NCBI GenBank assembly: GCA_964528155.1
Contig: CAZGRL010000003.1
Span: 37,036-101,035 of the forward strand
Source: an uncultured Anaerolineaceae bacterium
GTDB lineage: Bacteria; Chloroflexota; Anaerolineae; Anaerolineales; E44-bin32
DNA: 64,000 nucleotides
Reading direction: 5' to 3'
Of this stretch, positions 19,251 to 31,256 are shown in pieces. Positions within the stretch are counted from its first letter, which is position 1, and each line of letters opens with the position of its first letter. The translations under genes were made by a program, and so were the position numbers. The notes under the pieces were generated by a model that was not told where the DNA came from, did not search any database, and saw only the letters and a program-made list of their open reading frames with translations.

Positions 19251-19647
19251 GGATGCTCAGAACAAACAAGAATGCGCGCGCCGGACCGAGGTCATTTTAG
19301 CAAAACCGGCTGGCTTTAGCCACCTTGCGCCCGTTCGGCTGATCGGAATACGCTTTGGATCGGATCTCATGTTATTCCGGGTTGCGCTTGATCTTCTCTG
19401 AAAGGCCGCAATAAGCTCTCGCATCACAACCATCCCCCATTCATGCAGGCCGAGCTCCCAATCCGGCAACTTGGAGCTCGAGCGCCCGGATCCCGAAGGG
19501 ATTGTACGATGTCCTGAGTGATTGGCGTATGGTCCGGCCGTCCTCCCCTCTGCCTGGCCGGTGAGTGACTCAGATTCCTGTCCTGAGAGCGATTGGCATG
19601 TGACGGGTGGATTGTCTCCCCCCGCTGCGACGGCGGGGGGCAACCGA

Positions 19648-20298
19648 CTAGCGTCGGCGCGTGGCGGCTAGAGGCTTACGGCTTGCGTGGCCGGTTTCGA
19701 AACGAGCAGTCGGATGGGGTACCTCGAGCGAGACGAAGTAGGCCTCACCGGCGCAAGCGCGACACAGAACACGCCCGTCGACCGCAACTTCTCTTCCATT
19801 GTTGATCTCTTCCACACATGCGTCGCAGGTCGAGCGTTTGCCAGGGTCGCTGATCAAGGCGGCCAAATCCAGGGTGAGCCTGACGGGTTCCACCGTCAGC
19901 AGCTCGTCATCCGGCATCACCTGGTAGGCAGCCAGTTGACGCTCCCACGGATCCATTATCTCCGGCGCGTACTCGACCGTTCGTGAGCGAGCGGCCGGGT
20001 GCGGCACGGTCCGAATCGCCCTACCGGATCGGCTGTCGACAAAGGTGGCGGCCACTTTGCCGTAGTCGACGATGAACATCGTTCTGCGCCCCACCCAACA
20101 GCCCGTGGCTACACCGATCCCATCTGCCGTGCAGCCTTCGGTCTCAACGAATGCAATCAGGTGCTTATCGGTCTGGGGCAGTTCGAACCCCAATTCCAGG
20201 CCGGCCCGGACCCCCATACGCACTCCCAGCACCTGGCGGGGGCACAGGTGCTGGTGCATCCGTGAGACCCTGTCGAAAAGCAAGCTCAGATCGGCCAT
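19648..20298 (-). CDS. FmdE-family protein with C-terminal zinc ribbon
   Basis: 216 aa. HLCPRQVLGVRMG and ETEGCTADGI motifs, with CDAC...CRAC at the C-terminus. Confidence 0.75.
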   Translation of the reverse strand: MADLSLLFDRVSRMHQHLCPRQVLGVRMGVRAGLELGFELPQTDKHLIAFVETEGCTADGIGVATGCWVGRRTMFIVDYGKVAATFVDSRSGRAIRTVPHPAARSRTVEYAPEIMDPWERQLAAYQVMPDDELLTVEPVRLTLDLAALISDPGKRSTCDACVEEINNGREVAVDGRVLCRACAGEAYFVSLEVPHPTARFETGHASRKPLAATRRR

Positions 20299-20353
20299 GC
20301 GATCCCCTGAGCAGGCGAGGGCTCAGACGGTGCATCCGAGCCCAAGTCGCCGA

Positions 20354-20536
20354 TCACTCCTGCTTCTCTTCGGGGGCCCCTTCCGGGGTTTCTTCCTCTC
20401 CCTTGAGGCCGTCACGAAATGATCGAATCCCCTTGCCGAGTTCGCCGGCGATCTTGCTGACACGGCCAACGCCGAACAGGAGGACAACGATCACGAGGAC
20501 AAGGATCAGTTCCGGCGTGCCAAGTCGCAAAGGCAT
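20354..20536 (-). CDS. tatA: Twin-arginine translocase TatA/E
   Basis: Start at ATG 20536 (MPLRLGTPELILVLVIVVLLFG), after GGAGGAAAG. The track ORF has a spurious N-terminal extension. Confidence 0.85.
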   Translation of the reverse strand: MPLRLGTPELILVLVIVVLLFGVGRVSKIAGELGKGIRSFRDGLKGEEETPEGAPEEKQE

Positions 20537-20690
20537 GCTTTCCTCCGTCATTTTGAGCGCGCGGCTCAGTCCAGCGCGCTCAACATCATGGCTTGAGTTC
20601 CGTTCGTCCTGGCATGCAGAGCACAAACATCACATGCAGGCGATCGATCGCGCATCGCCGCCGACTGGCCAGGTACATTCTAGCCGAGCG

Positions 20691-23707
<3,017 letters not shown>

Positions 23708-23900
23708 CGTTCACACTTGACGACGCGCGCGCGATTCCCAACGTCTCAGACACGATCCGACCTGACGCAGGCCCGATCATTGCCGATATCGTGCGTTCTT
23801 GACTTGTCCCTTGACTTCATTCACGGATGCGCCCCAACCCCGCCGGCGACAGAGCTCCGGGTGATCTCCGCAAGGCACGGTCGAAGCGTGCTCGCCTCCC

Positions 23901-23939
23901 TTTGAGGGATCGAGCAATCCGGAATGCACCCTCGTCAAA
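23901..23939. repeat. Truncated copy of the GGAATGCACCCTC nested-palindrome family
   Basis: TTTGAGGGatcgagcaatccGGAATGCACCCTCgtCAAA. Shares the terminal motif with 27411-27562 and 39691-39846 but lacks the inner hairpin. Confidence 0.6.
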
Positions 23940-23946
23940 TCCCCGT

Positions 23947-23975
23947 TTGACCGACCCGTCCGCCTCGACTAAAAT
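23947..23975 (+). promoter_or_regulatory. Sigma-70-like promoter for the DUF62-murA operon
   Basis: TTGACC, a 17-nt spacer, then TAAAAT. AGGAG lies 5 nt before the GTG start at 23996. Confidence 0.55.
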
Positions 23976-23995
23976 GCGACCTCTCAGGAGCAAGC

Positions 23996-24838
23996 GTGAC
24001 ACCCTCACTGATTGCGGTGCTGACCGACTTCGGGACGAAAGATACCTACGTCGGGGTGATGAAAGGTGTCATCGCCTCAATCGCACCTCAAGCCCGTGTC
24101 ATCGATCTAACGCACGAGATCCCTCCGGGTGATGTCCGTCAGGCGGCTTTCAAGCTCTGGCAGGCTGTGCCGTTCTTCCCCGACGGGACGATCTTCGAGG
24201 TCGTCGTGGATCCGGGCGTCGGAACCCGCCGGCGGGCAGTCGCCGTGGCATGGTCGATGCGCCTGTTCGTGTTGCCTGACAATGGGATATTGACGTATCT
24301 CTTGACGAGCGCCCCCGCCAGCAAGGCGGTCGAGTTGGTCACGCCCACCTTCCGACTCAACCCCGTCAGCAGCACGTTCCACGGCCGGGATGTGTTCGCC
24401 CCCGCGAGCGCCCACCTGGCACGGGGAGTTCCTCTGGACGATCTCGGCCCGCCCGCCGGTGATCTTGTGCGCTTCCCTCTCCCGCGATTGTCCATGAAGG
24501 CCGGCCTCAGGCTTGAAGGAGAAATCCTGCATGCCGATCGGTTCGGCAATCTAGTCACAAGCCTGGGAAGGTTCGAACGACGGACCGACTCCTTGGCTTT
24601 CCTCCCATGGCTTCCAGTGGCTCAGGAGGCTGCGCTGCCGCCGGAGAACCTTTGGCTAAACCTTGAGGGCGGGACTCGTCTGGCCGTGAGGAACACGTTC
24701 GGCGATGTACCGGAAGGCGAATTGGTGGCGTACATCGGCAGCGAGGGGCTGATCGAGGTCGCCGTCAACACAGGCAGCGCCTCCGACAGACTCGGGTTGA
24801 AGACCGGGTCACAAGTAGAGCTCACATACGAAGGTTGA
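23996..24838 (+). CDS. SAM hydrolase / SAM hydroxide adenosyltransferase family (DUF62)
   Basis: 280 aa. LTDFGTKDTYVGVMKGVI, PDNGILT and FHGRDVFAP motifs. Confidence 0.85.
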   Translation: MTPSLIAVLTDFGTKDTYVGVMKGVIASIAPQARVIDLTHEIPPGDVRQAAFKLWQAVPFFPDGTIFEVVVDPGVGTRRRAVAVAWSMRLFVLPDNGILTYLLTSAPASKAVELVTPTFRLNPVSSTFHGRDVFAPASAHLARGVPLDDLGPPAGDLVRFPLPRLSMKAGLRLEGEILHADRFGNLVTSLGRFERRTDSLAFLPWLPVAQEAALPPENLWLNLEGGTRLAVRNTFGDVPEGELVAYIGSEGLIEVAVNTGSASDRLGLKTGSQVELTYEG

Positions 24839-24840
24839 GA

Positions 24841-26127
24841 ATGAAGGCGTTCGCCATTGAAGGCGGCTATCCGCTGCAAGGTGATTTCACACCCTCGGGC
24901 AATAAGAACGCAGCTTTGCCTCTGCTGACCGCGTGTCTATTGACGGACGAGCCCGTGACCCTGCACAACATCCCGGAGATCGGCGATGTCCACATCATGC
25001 GCCAGCTTCTGGAAAGCCTCGGGGTGACGATCGAGCCGCTCGAACACGGCGTGTGGCGAGTCCAGGCAAGTGAGGTCCGCAAGGCCGATGTGGACCCGGA
25101 GCTCTGCCGTCAGATCCGGGCCTCGATCCTGCTCGCTGGACCGATGCTCGGACGTGCCGGGGGGATCGACCTGCCGCCACCCGGGGGTGACGTCATCGGT
25201 CGGCGAAGAGTAGACACCCATTTCTTGGCCCTCAGGGCCCTTGGCGCGGGCGTGGAGTACGCCGATCGCGCGTTCCACATCCACGCATCAGGCCGGATGC
25301 AGGGGACGAACATCTTGCTGGATGAAGCCAGCGTCACGGCCACCGAAAACGCCATTATGGCTGCGGTCACCGCCAAGGGTCGGACGGTGATCCGCAATGC
25401 CACATCCGAACCACACGTTCAGGATCTGTGTCTATTCCTGACGACCCTCGGGGCGCGTATCGACAACATCGGGTCGAACACATTGGTGATCGAGGGGATA
25501 GATCGGCTACACGGCGGGGAGTACACCATCGGTCCCGACTACCTGGAAGTGGTCAGCTTCATCGGAGCTGCCGCCGTGACCGGCGGCCGGATCCGGATCC
25601 ACCGGGCCGCGCCGGAGCATCTGGACATGATCCACCTAGTCTTCAGCCGGCTGGGCGTCACCTGGGATGTCGAGAATGGGGACGTCGTCGTTCCGGCGGA
25701 ACAATCGCTGGAAGTCGTGCCCGATGTTGGTGGTGCGGTCCCCGAGATACACGTAATGCCCTGGCCAGCATTCCCGACCGACTTGATGAGCATCGCCATC
25801 GTCCTGGCCACCCAGTCGCGCGGTACGGTCCTCTTCCACGATTGGATGTACCCCAGCCGGATGTTCTTCATCGACAAGCTGGTGAGCATGGGAGCCCGCA
25901 TAGTCCTGTGCGATCCGCACCGCTGTCTGGTTCAGGGGCCGAGCCGCCTCCTGGGGGAACACCTCGACAGCCCGGACATCCGCGCCGGCATGGCGCTCAT
26001 CCTGGCCGCACTCGGGGCGGAAGGCTCCTCCGTGATCCGCAACATCGGCCAGATCGAACGCGGCTACGAGCGCGTGGACGAGAAGCTGCGTCAGTTGGGC
26101 GCTCACATCGAGAGGCTCGAATCCTGA
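24841..26127 (+). CDS. murA: UDP-N-acetylglucosamine 1-carboxyvinyltransferase
   Basis: MKAFAIEGGYPLQGDFTPSGNKNAALPLL. The ATG at 24841 is preferred over the track TTG at 24835. Confidence 0.93.
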   Translation: MKAFAIEGGYPLQGDFTPSGNKNAALPLLTACLLTDEPVTLHNIPEIGDVHIMRQLLESLGVTIEPLEHGVWRVQASEVRKADVDPELCRQIRASILLAGPMLGRAGGIDLPPPGGDVIGRRRVDTHFLALRALGAGVEYADRAFHIHASGRMQGTNILLDEASVTATENAIMAAVTAKGRTVIRNATSEPHVQDLCLFLTTLGARIDNIGSNTLVIEGIDRLHGGEYTIGPDYLEVVSFIGAAAVTGGRIRIHRAAPEHLDMIHLVFSRLGVTWDVENGDVVVPAEQSLEVVPDVGGAVPEIHVMPWPAFPTDLMSIAIVLATQSRGTVLFHDWMYPSRMFFIDKLVSMGARIVLCDPHRCLVQGPSRLLGEHLDSPDIRAGMALILAALGAEGSSVIRNIGQIERGYERVDEKLRQLGAHIERLES

Positions 26128-26331
26128 GGCCAACAAGGAAGCATCAGGCCGTCCGCGCTCGCCTGGCGAGTCGACCCTCCCTTCTCCCCTGGCAGCTTGT
26201 CTCTTGCAGTGTCCGTCCCCCTCGAGCATCGACGACCGGCGGCCATCGAGCCTGCGAGTGAATCATCAGGACGTACGGTTTGCACCTCGAGCCCTGGACA
26301 CGTTGTACCGGGGCAGAGAGATGCCCCCACA

Positions 26332-26438
26332 CTCTCCCACCCCCGTCATCCTGCCTGCCCAGGCCGCAGGCCAGGGAGAGGAGATGGTCCGTATGAAGGA
26401 TGGGGCCGGCTTCGCCGGCCCCATCCTTCATACGGACC
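26332..26438. repeat. Bipartite palindromic element (C-rich hairpin plus 25-bp perfect hairpin)
   Basis: Hairpin 1: CTCTCCC...GGGAGAG (26332-26380). Hairpin 2: GGTCCGTATGAAGGATGGGGCCGGC-TTC-GCCGGCCCCATCCTTCATACGGACC (26386-26438). Lies between convergent murA and the ParA-like gene. Confidence 0.85.
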
Positions 26439-26455
26439 ACGAGGTGCCAGACACC

Positions 26456-27223
26456 TCAGCCCGGGGCCATGTCCTCGACCTCGTAGGCCAGGTTGCGGTA
26501 GGCCACGGCTCCATCGCTGATGGACTGATAGGCCAGGACCGATTGCCGGGCCGCGGGAGCTCGGGCCAGCGACTCGTCTTCGGGGATCACCGTCTGGAAT
26601 ACACGCTTCTTGAAGACCTCCCGAAGTTCGTCCAGCACCTCATTCGAATGGTGTGAGCTTTCCTTATATAGGGTAGCCAGCAAGCCCAAGAGCCGCAGCT
26701 GAGGATGGAGCTTGTCGTGCACCAGCCACATCGTTTCGAGCATCGACCTCACGCCGCGCAGGGCCAGGTAATGGCACTCGACCGGGACGATGAGTTCTTC
26801 GGCCGCCAACAATCCATTCACAGTCAGCAGACCAAGGCTGGGAGGTGTATCGATCAGGACGTAGTCGACCTGCCCAAGGCCTTGCTGCAGGCTCTGACGC
26901 AGCCTTTGTGTCCGATCCGGAAGGTTGATCATGGCGTGCTCGGCCGCCGAGAGATCGACGCTGGCCGGGGCAAGCCACAGACGCTCGCCGATCGGCTTGA
27001 CGACCTCCCTCAAGCGACTGTCGTCATGTACCAGGAGGGTGTAGGTTGTCGGGGTCAGACGGTAGGGATCCAGGCCGACGCCGGCGGTCAGTGCCGCCTG
27101 GGGATCGATGTCCACAAGCAAAACCCGCTTGCCGCGCTCCGCCAAAGCCGCGCCCAGATTCGAGACAGTCGTGGTCTTGCCCACACCACCTTTCTGGTTG
27201 GCAATCACGATCACGCGGGCCAT
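26456..27223 (-). CDS. ParA/Soj-family ATPase with no adjacent ParB
   Basis: 255 aa. Deviant Walker [14 protein letters not shown], then DIDPQA and LIDTPPSLG. Confidence 0.88.
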   Translation of the reverse strand: MARVIVIANQKGGVGKTTTVSNLGAALAERGKRVLLVDIDPQAALTAGVGLDPYRLTPTTYTLLVHDDSRLREVVKPIGERLWLAPASVDLSAAEHAMINLPDRTQRLRQSLQQGLGQVDYVLIDTPPSLGLLTVNGLLAAEELIVPVECHYLALRGVRSMLETMWLVHDKLHPQLRLLGLLATLYKESSHHSNEVLDELREVFKKRVFQTVIPEDESLARAPAARQSVLAYQSISDGAVAYRNLAYEVEDMAPG

Positions 27224-27410
27224 GCCCGGAGTATAGACCAGCGTTTGGACACGGGCAATGTGCGGTTGATCCTGCAGTACGGGCTATTGTCCTCGTCATC
27301 GTCACATGTGATTGTCCGTCACCTGGATGCCTGTTTGCCGGTCGAGAGCCCTGCCAGCCTGCAGGCCCGCACGGCGGGAATAGCAGCCCGGGAGGAATGG
27401 TCAGCGTCCC

Positions 27411-27562
27411 TCAATTGAGGGTGCATTCGATTTCGGGGGGCGCGTCCTCGTTGTAAAAAGGGAAAATGTGTCTTGGACGGCGGCTGTGCCGCCGTCCAAG
27501 ACACATTTTCCCTTATTCCTCGCGAGGGGCTTGCCCCCCAAGTTGGAATGCACCCTCAATTC
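27411..27562. repeat. Nested palindromic element (outer GAGGGTGCATTC inverted repeat plus inner 24-bp perfect hairpin)
   Basis: Inner: GGGAAAATGTGTCTTGGACGGCGG-CTGTG-CCGCCGTCCAAGACACATTTTCCC (27460-27512). Outer: AATTGAGGGTGCATTC...GGGGGGC versus GCCCCCC...GAATGCACCCTCAATT. Confidence 0.85.
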
Positions 27563-27570
27563 ATTTCACG

Positions 27571-27599
27571 TTGACCGAGGCTAATGCATAAGGTATAAT
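27571..27599 (+). promoter_or_regulatory. Near-consensus sigma-70 promoter for rpmH-rnpA
   Basis: TTGACC (27571-27576), a 17-nt spacer, then TATAAT (27594-27599), about 52 nt before the rpmH ATG. Confidence 0.7.
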
Positions 27600-27651
27600 C
27601 CTCCGGTCTGGTCGATAACAAACGGCCCGAATGGCCGTCGGGGACGAGTGA

Positions 27652-27828
27652 ATGCCGAAAAGAACGTATCAGCCCAAGATCCGTCGCCGCGTGCGTGTGC
27701 ATGGCTTTCGTTCACGCATGGCGACGCGGGCAGGTCGCGCCGTGCTCAAGCGGCGCCGGTCGAAGGGTCGCCACCGTCTTGCGGTTCGTTCGAACGCCCA
27801 TATCAAGAAGGTCAACTGGAAGGCATAA
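27652..27828 (+). CDS. rpmH: 50S ribosomal protein L34, with a short C-terminal extension
   Basis: 58 aa, below the ORF-track cutoff. [58 protein letters not shown]. The track ORF 27648-27839 is in the wrong frame. Confidence 0.9.
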   Translation: MPKRTYQPKIRRRVRVHGFRSRMATRAGRAVLKRRRSKGRHRLAVRSNAHIKKVNWKA

Positions 27829-27898
27829 AGTGGTCATGACCTCGGAGCGCGTATGCAGACGCGCTCCCAGTCACTCGCCCTCCGAGCCAACCAGGTGA

Positions 27899-28255
27899 AT
27901 GGACCGACGGTACCGGCTTACAGCTTCGGCAGACTTTCAGCGGGTGCGGCGTACGGGAAAGGCCTATGCCCACCCGCTGGTTATTCTGATGACTTGCCCC
28001 AACGGCCTGGATCTGTCACGCTTCGGCGTCACCGCCGGGCGCAGAGTAGGTGGCGCGGTGGTTCGTAATCGCGCCAAGCGACTCTTGAGAGAGGCGGTCC
28101 GTCCGCACGTGGCCCGGACCCGCCCCGGCTGGGACGTCGTTTTGATCGCCCGCCCAGGATTGTTGGCCGCACCCTGGCCTTCCCTGGCGGAGGCCGTCGA
28201 CCATCTGATGCAGCTATCGGGCTGCCTGGTACGTTTGAATGACAACACCCATTGA
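27899..28255 (+). CDS. rnpA: Ribonuclease P protein component
   Basis: 118 aa, basic, with [24 protein letters not shown] (the RNR motif). Sits after rpmH. Confidence 0.85.
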   Translation: MDRRYRLTASADFQRVRRTGKAYAHPLVILMTCPNGLDLSRFGVTAGRRVGGAVVRNRAKRLLREAVRPHVARTRPGWDVVLIARPGLLAAPWPSLAEAVDHLMQLSGCLVRLNDNTH

Positions 28256-28523
28256 GGTTCACCCTGGTGAACCGGCTCTGCGGGAGATCCCTGTCACCTG
28301 GGGAAACCTGGCCCGCCTGCCGGTATTAGGGTTGATCCGCTTTTATCAACTGACGATTTCCCGGGCGCTGCCCGCCGACACCTGTCGATTCACGCCGACC
28401 TGCTCCCACTATGGCTATCAGGCGATCGCCAAGTACGGCGTGCTCAAGGGAGGGGCTCTGGCGGTCTGGCGGCTCCTGCGTTGCCAGCCGTTCAGTCGCG
28501 GCGGCTACGACCCGGTGCCGTAG
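28239..28523 (+). CDS. yidD: Membrane protein insertion efficiency factor YidD
   Basis: [33 protein letters not shown]...[17 protein letters not shown]. The start may lie downstream of 28239. Confidence 0.85.
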   Translation: MTTPIEVHPGEPALREIPVTWGNLARLPVLGLIRFYQLTISRALPADTCRFTPTCSHYGYQAIAKYGVLKGGALAVWRLLRCQPFSRGGYDPVP

Positions 28524-28530
28524 GAGTTCC

Positions 28531-29616
28531 ATGAAGGAACCCAAACACGCGATGTCGAGGCCTACGATAGTGCTGGCGATCGCCATCCTGTCTATAGCCC
28601 TGACCGGCTGCTCCGGCGCCGCCAGCGCGGCCAACAGTTGGCCAGGCCTCTCGGTTGGCGAACAGAACGTATACGTTTCTTTCAATCAGGCCGTCCACGC
28701 CATCGACAAGGGGAGCGGCACAGAGCGCTGGCACTTTCCTGCCGAGGCCGATCGCAAACTCACTTTCTTTGCCTCCCCTACACCGACGGACGATGGACAC
28801 GTCATTGTGGGAGGCTACGACAACAAGGTCTATTCCCTCAACGCTTCTGACGGCTCGATTGCCTGGACATTCGAAGGAGCTACCAACCGCATTGTCGGCG
28901 CGGCCAGCGTCAGCGATGATCTGGTCTTTGTGCCCGGTTCCGATGGGACGCTGTACGCACTTCACCGGTCGAACGGGACGCTTGCCTGGTCGTTTGCAGC
29001 GTCTGAGGCACTCTGGGCGGATCCGCTGGCCGATGACAGCCGTGTGTACGTCGCTTCGCTTGATCATCACATCTACGCGCTCAACCGGGACACCGGGGCT
29101 GAAGTATGGCGGCGCGATCTCGAGGCGGCCATCGCCGATGGGCCAGTCCTCACGGACGGCCGGCTGCTCGTCGGCACGCTCGGCAAAGGCCTTCAGGCGC
29201 TCGATCCGGCCACGGGAGATGTGGCCTGGGTGTTCTCCACAGATGGCTGGGTTTGGGGAACCCCGGCTATCGATCAGGGGTTGGCGCTCTTCGGAGACGT
29301 GAACGGAGCGGCCTACGCTGTGAACGCGGCCGACGGCACTCAGGTTTGGCGGATCCAGTTGGACGGCTCGATTACGGCCAGCCCGGCGCTGGAAAACGGC
29401 ATCGCCTACTTCCCCACCGAGTCGGGTACAGTGTTTGCGAGAAGCGCCGACAGCGGTGATCCCGTATGGCAGATCCCGGTCGGCGGCGAGCTCTTGTCGG
29501 ATCCGATCCTGGGCGGCGACAGTCTGTTCGTGGCTTCACTGGGGGGAGACTCGCTTGTGACGTGCCTTGACTCGGGCTCCGGCGCGACCCGCTGGAGCTT
29601 CCAGCCGGCACAATAG
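28531..29616 (+). CDS. PQQ-like (BamB-type) beta-propeller repeat lipoprotein
   Basis: ATG at 28531, 5 nt after AGGAG. Signal peptide with lipobox LTGC. Repeated 'G.(V/L)YA(L/V)(N/H)...G...W' blades. Confidence 0.8.
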   Translation: MKEPKHAMSRPTIVLAIAILSIALTGCSGAASAANSWPGLSVGEQNVYVSFNQAVHAIDKGSGTERWHFPAEADRKLTFFASPTPTDDGHVIVGGYDNKVYSLNASDGSIAWTFEGATNRIVGAASVSDDLVFVPGSDGTLYALHRSNGTLAWSFAASEALWADPLADDSRVYVASLDHHIYALNRDTGAEVWRRDLEAAIADGPVLTDGRLLVGTLGKGLQALDPATGDVAWVFSTDGWVWGTPAIDQGLALFGDVNGAAYAVNAADGTQVWRIQLDGSITASPALENGIAYFPTESGTVFARSADSGDPVWQIPVGGELLSDPILGGDSLFVASLGGDSLVTCLDSGSGATRWSFQPAQ

Positions 29617-29631
29617 ATGGGGACTTGAGGT

Positions 29632-30375
29632 ATGTGGGACACATTTGTGCTCAACCCGATGATCAACGCCCTTCTGGGTATCTACGGCGTTTTCGGCAGC
29701 AATTTCGGATTGGCGATCATCGTATTCACTGCTCTCGTGCGCCTGATCACATTGCCTCTCACCTTGCAGCAGCAAAGAAGCACGCAGAAGATGCAGGAGC
29801 TGCAAAACTCCAAGAAGTGGCAGGACATTCAGAAGAAGTTCAAGAATGACAAGCAGAAACTGCAGGAGCAGCAACTGAAGCTCTACCAGGAGATGGGGAT
29901 CAATCCGCTCAGCGGCTGCCTGCCACTGGTGATCCAATTGCCGATCATCTTCGGGCTTTATCAGGCGATTATCCAGGCCCTGGCGGCTACGCCGGTCCAG
30001 CTCCTCAGGCTGGCCGGGCATCTCTACGAATTCGTTTCCGCCACAACCATTCCGCTGAACAGCCGTTTCTTGTGGATGAACCTCGGCCAGCCGGAGCATC
30101 TGACTTTTCCCATTCCAATTCTCACGATACTGGTTGTCGTCAGCACGTTCCTGCAGACCAAGCTCACGACGCCTCCATCGCCTGACTCCCAGGGCAGCCA
30201 GATGACCCAGATGATGACGTGGTACATGCCCGTCCTTCTCGGGTACTTCGCGTACACCTACGCCTCCGGTCTGGCCTTGTATTTCGTCGTGTCGAACTTG
30301 TTGGCGGTTGTCCAGTATGCGGCGATGGGGAAGGTGGATTGGCGTAATCTCGTATCGCTGCGGCGCGCAACATAG
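29632..30375 (+). CDS. yidC: Membrane protein insertase YidC (short form)
   Basis: 247 aa. AIIVFTALVRLITLPLT, KLYQEMGINPLSGCLPLVIQLPI. Confidence 0.9.
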   Translation: MWDTFVLNPMINALLGIYGVFGSNFGLAIIVFTALVRLITLPLTLQQQRSTQKMQELQNSKKWQDIQKKFKNDKQKLQEQQLKLYQEMGINPLSGCLPLVIQLPIIFGLYQAIIQALAATPVQLLRLAGHLYEFVSATTIPLNSRFLWMNLGQPEHLTFPIPILTILVVVSTFLQTKLTTPPSPDSQGSQMTQMMTWYMPVLLGYFAYTYASGLALYFVVSNLLAVVQYAAMGKVDWRNLVSLRRAT

Positions 30376-30498
30376 GCACCTCATGGAACGGCGGCCGAGG
30401 CCGTTCGGCATCGTTGTGTCCTCAGGACGATCGGCCCGACATCCTCATGACGGTACAATCGTGAACGCAGGTCGAGAGCGCGGGTTGAAGGTGAGATT

Positions 30499-31221
30499 AT
30501 GGGCACGATAAGAACGAGCCTTGAGGTGATCGCCCCTACGGTCGATGAAGCCGTGGCCCGTGGGGCCGCGGAGCTCGGACGTCCGGAGAGCGAGTTGGAG
30601 GTCGAAGTTCTTGACGAAGGCGGAAGAGGCGTCCTCGGATTGGGTGCTCGACAGGCCCGGGTGCGCCTGAGTGTGCGCTCGGCGACCGAGATGCAGCAAC
30701 CACAGCATGAAGTAACCGCGGAGGTGTCGGAGGACGACTCGCAGGCGCTCCAGGTCGCCATCGACACGGTTTCTGAGTTGCTGACCCGCATGGGTTTTGT
30801 CGCCAGAGCGACGGCACGCTGGGACGAAAACTCGGATCCCGATCAGATTCGCCCCCTGCATGTCGACATCCACGGCGACGACTTGAGCACACTCATCGGA
30901 CGGAAGGGTGAGACCCTGTCGGCCCTGCAATACATCACGCGCCTGATCGTTTCCAAAGAGCTGGACGGGCCGGTAGCCGTCGTGATCGACATCGAGGGCT
31001 ACCGGGCTCGACGAGAACAACAGCTGCGTCAACTGGCGCGCAAGATGGCCCAACAGGCTGAAGAGCGAGGCCGGACCATGACACTGGAGCCGATGCCCGC
31101 CAACGAACGACGCATCATTCATATCGAATTGCGAGATCATCCTTCCGTCTATACGGAGAGCACCGGCGAAGGCTCAGCTCGCAAGGTCACGATCATCCCT
31201 CGGACACCAGACACGCCCTGA
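30499..31221 (+). CDS. jag: Jag/KhpB RNA-binding protein (Jag_N, KH and R3H domains)
   Basis: 240 aa. IGRKGETLSALQYI (KH) and ERRIIHIEL (R3H). Sits after yidC. Confidence 0.85.
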   Translation: MGTIRTSLEVIAPTVDEAVARGAAELGRPESELEVEVLDEGGRGVLGLGARQARVRLSVRSATEMQQPQHEVTAEVSEDDSQALQVAIDTVSELLTRMGFVARATARWDENSDPDQIRPLHVDIHGDDLSTLIGRKGETLSALQYITRLIVSKELDGPVAVVIDIEGYRARREQQLRQLARKMAQQAEERGRTMTLEPMPANERRIIHIELRDHPSVYTESTGEGSARKVTIIPRTPDTP

Positions 31222-31256
31222 TTGGTCCGTCCCTATGCCTGGGCTATAATCGCCTC

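Noticed and set aside
19257-19643. 128-aa minus-strand ORF filling the kinase-FmdE spacer
   Set aside because: It has no RBS, a Ser/Gly/Arg-rich composition and no motifs, and it would overlap the hairpins and direct repeats. It is treated as non-coding.
23708-27651. oriC with DnaA boxes in the divergent spacers
   Set aside because: No TTATCCACA/TGTGGATAA-like 9-mers were seen by eye and dnaA is absent. Only the strand switch and gene content suggest origin proximity.
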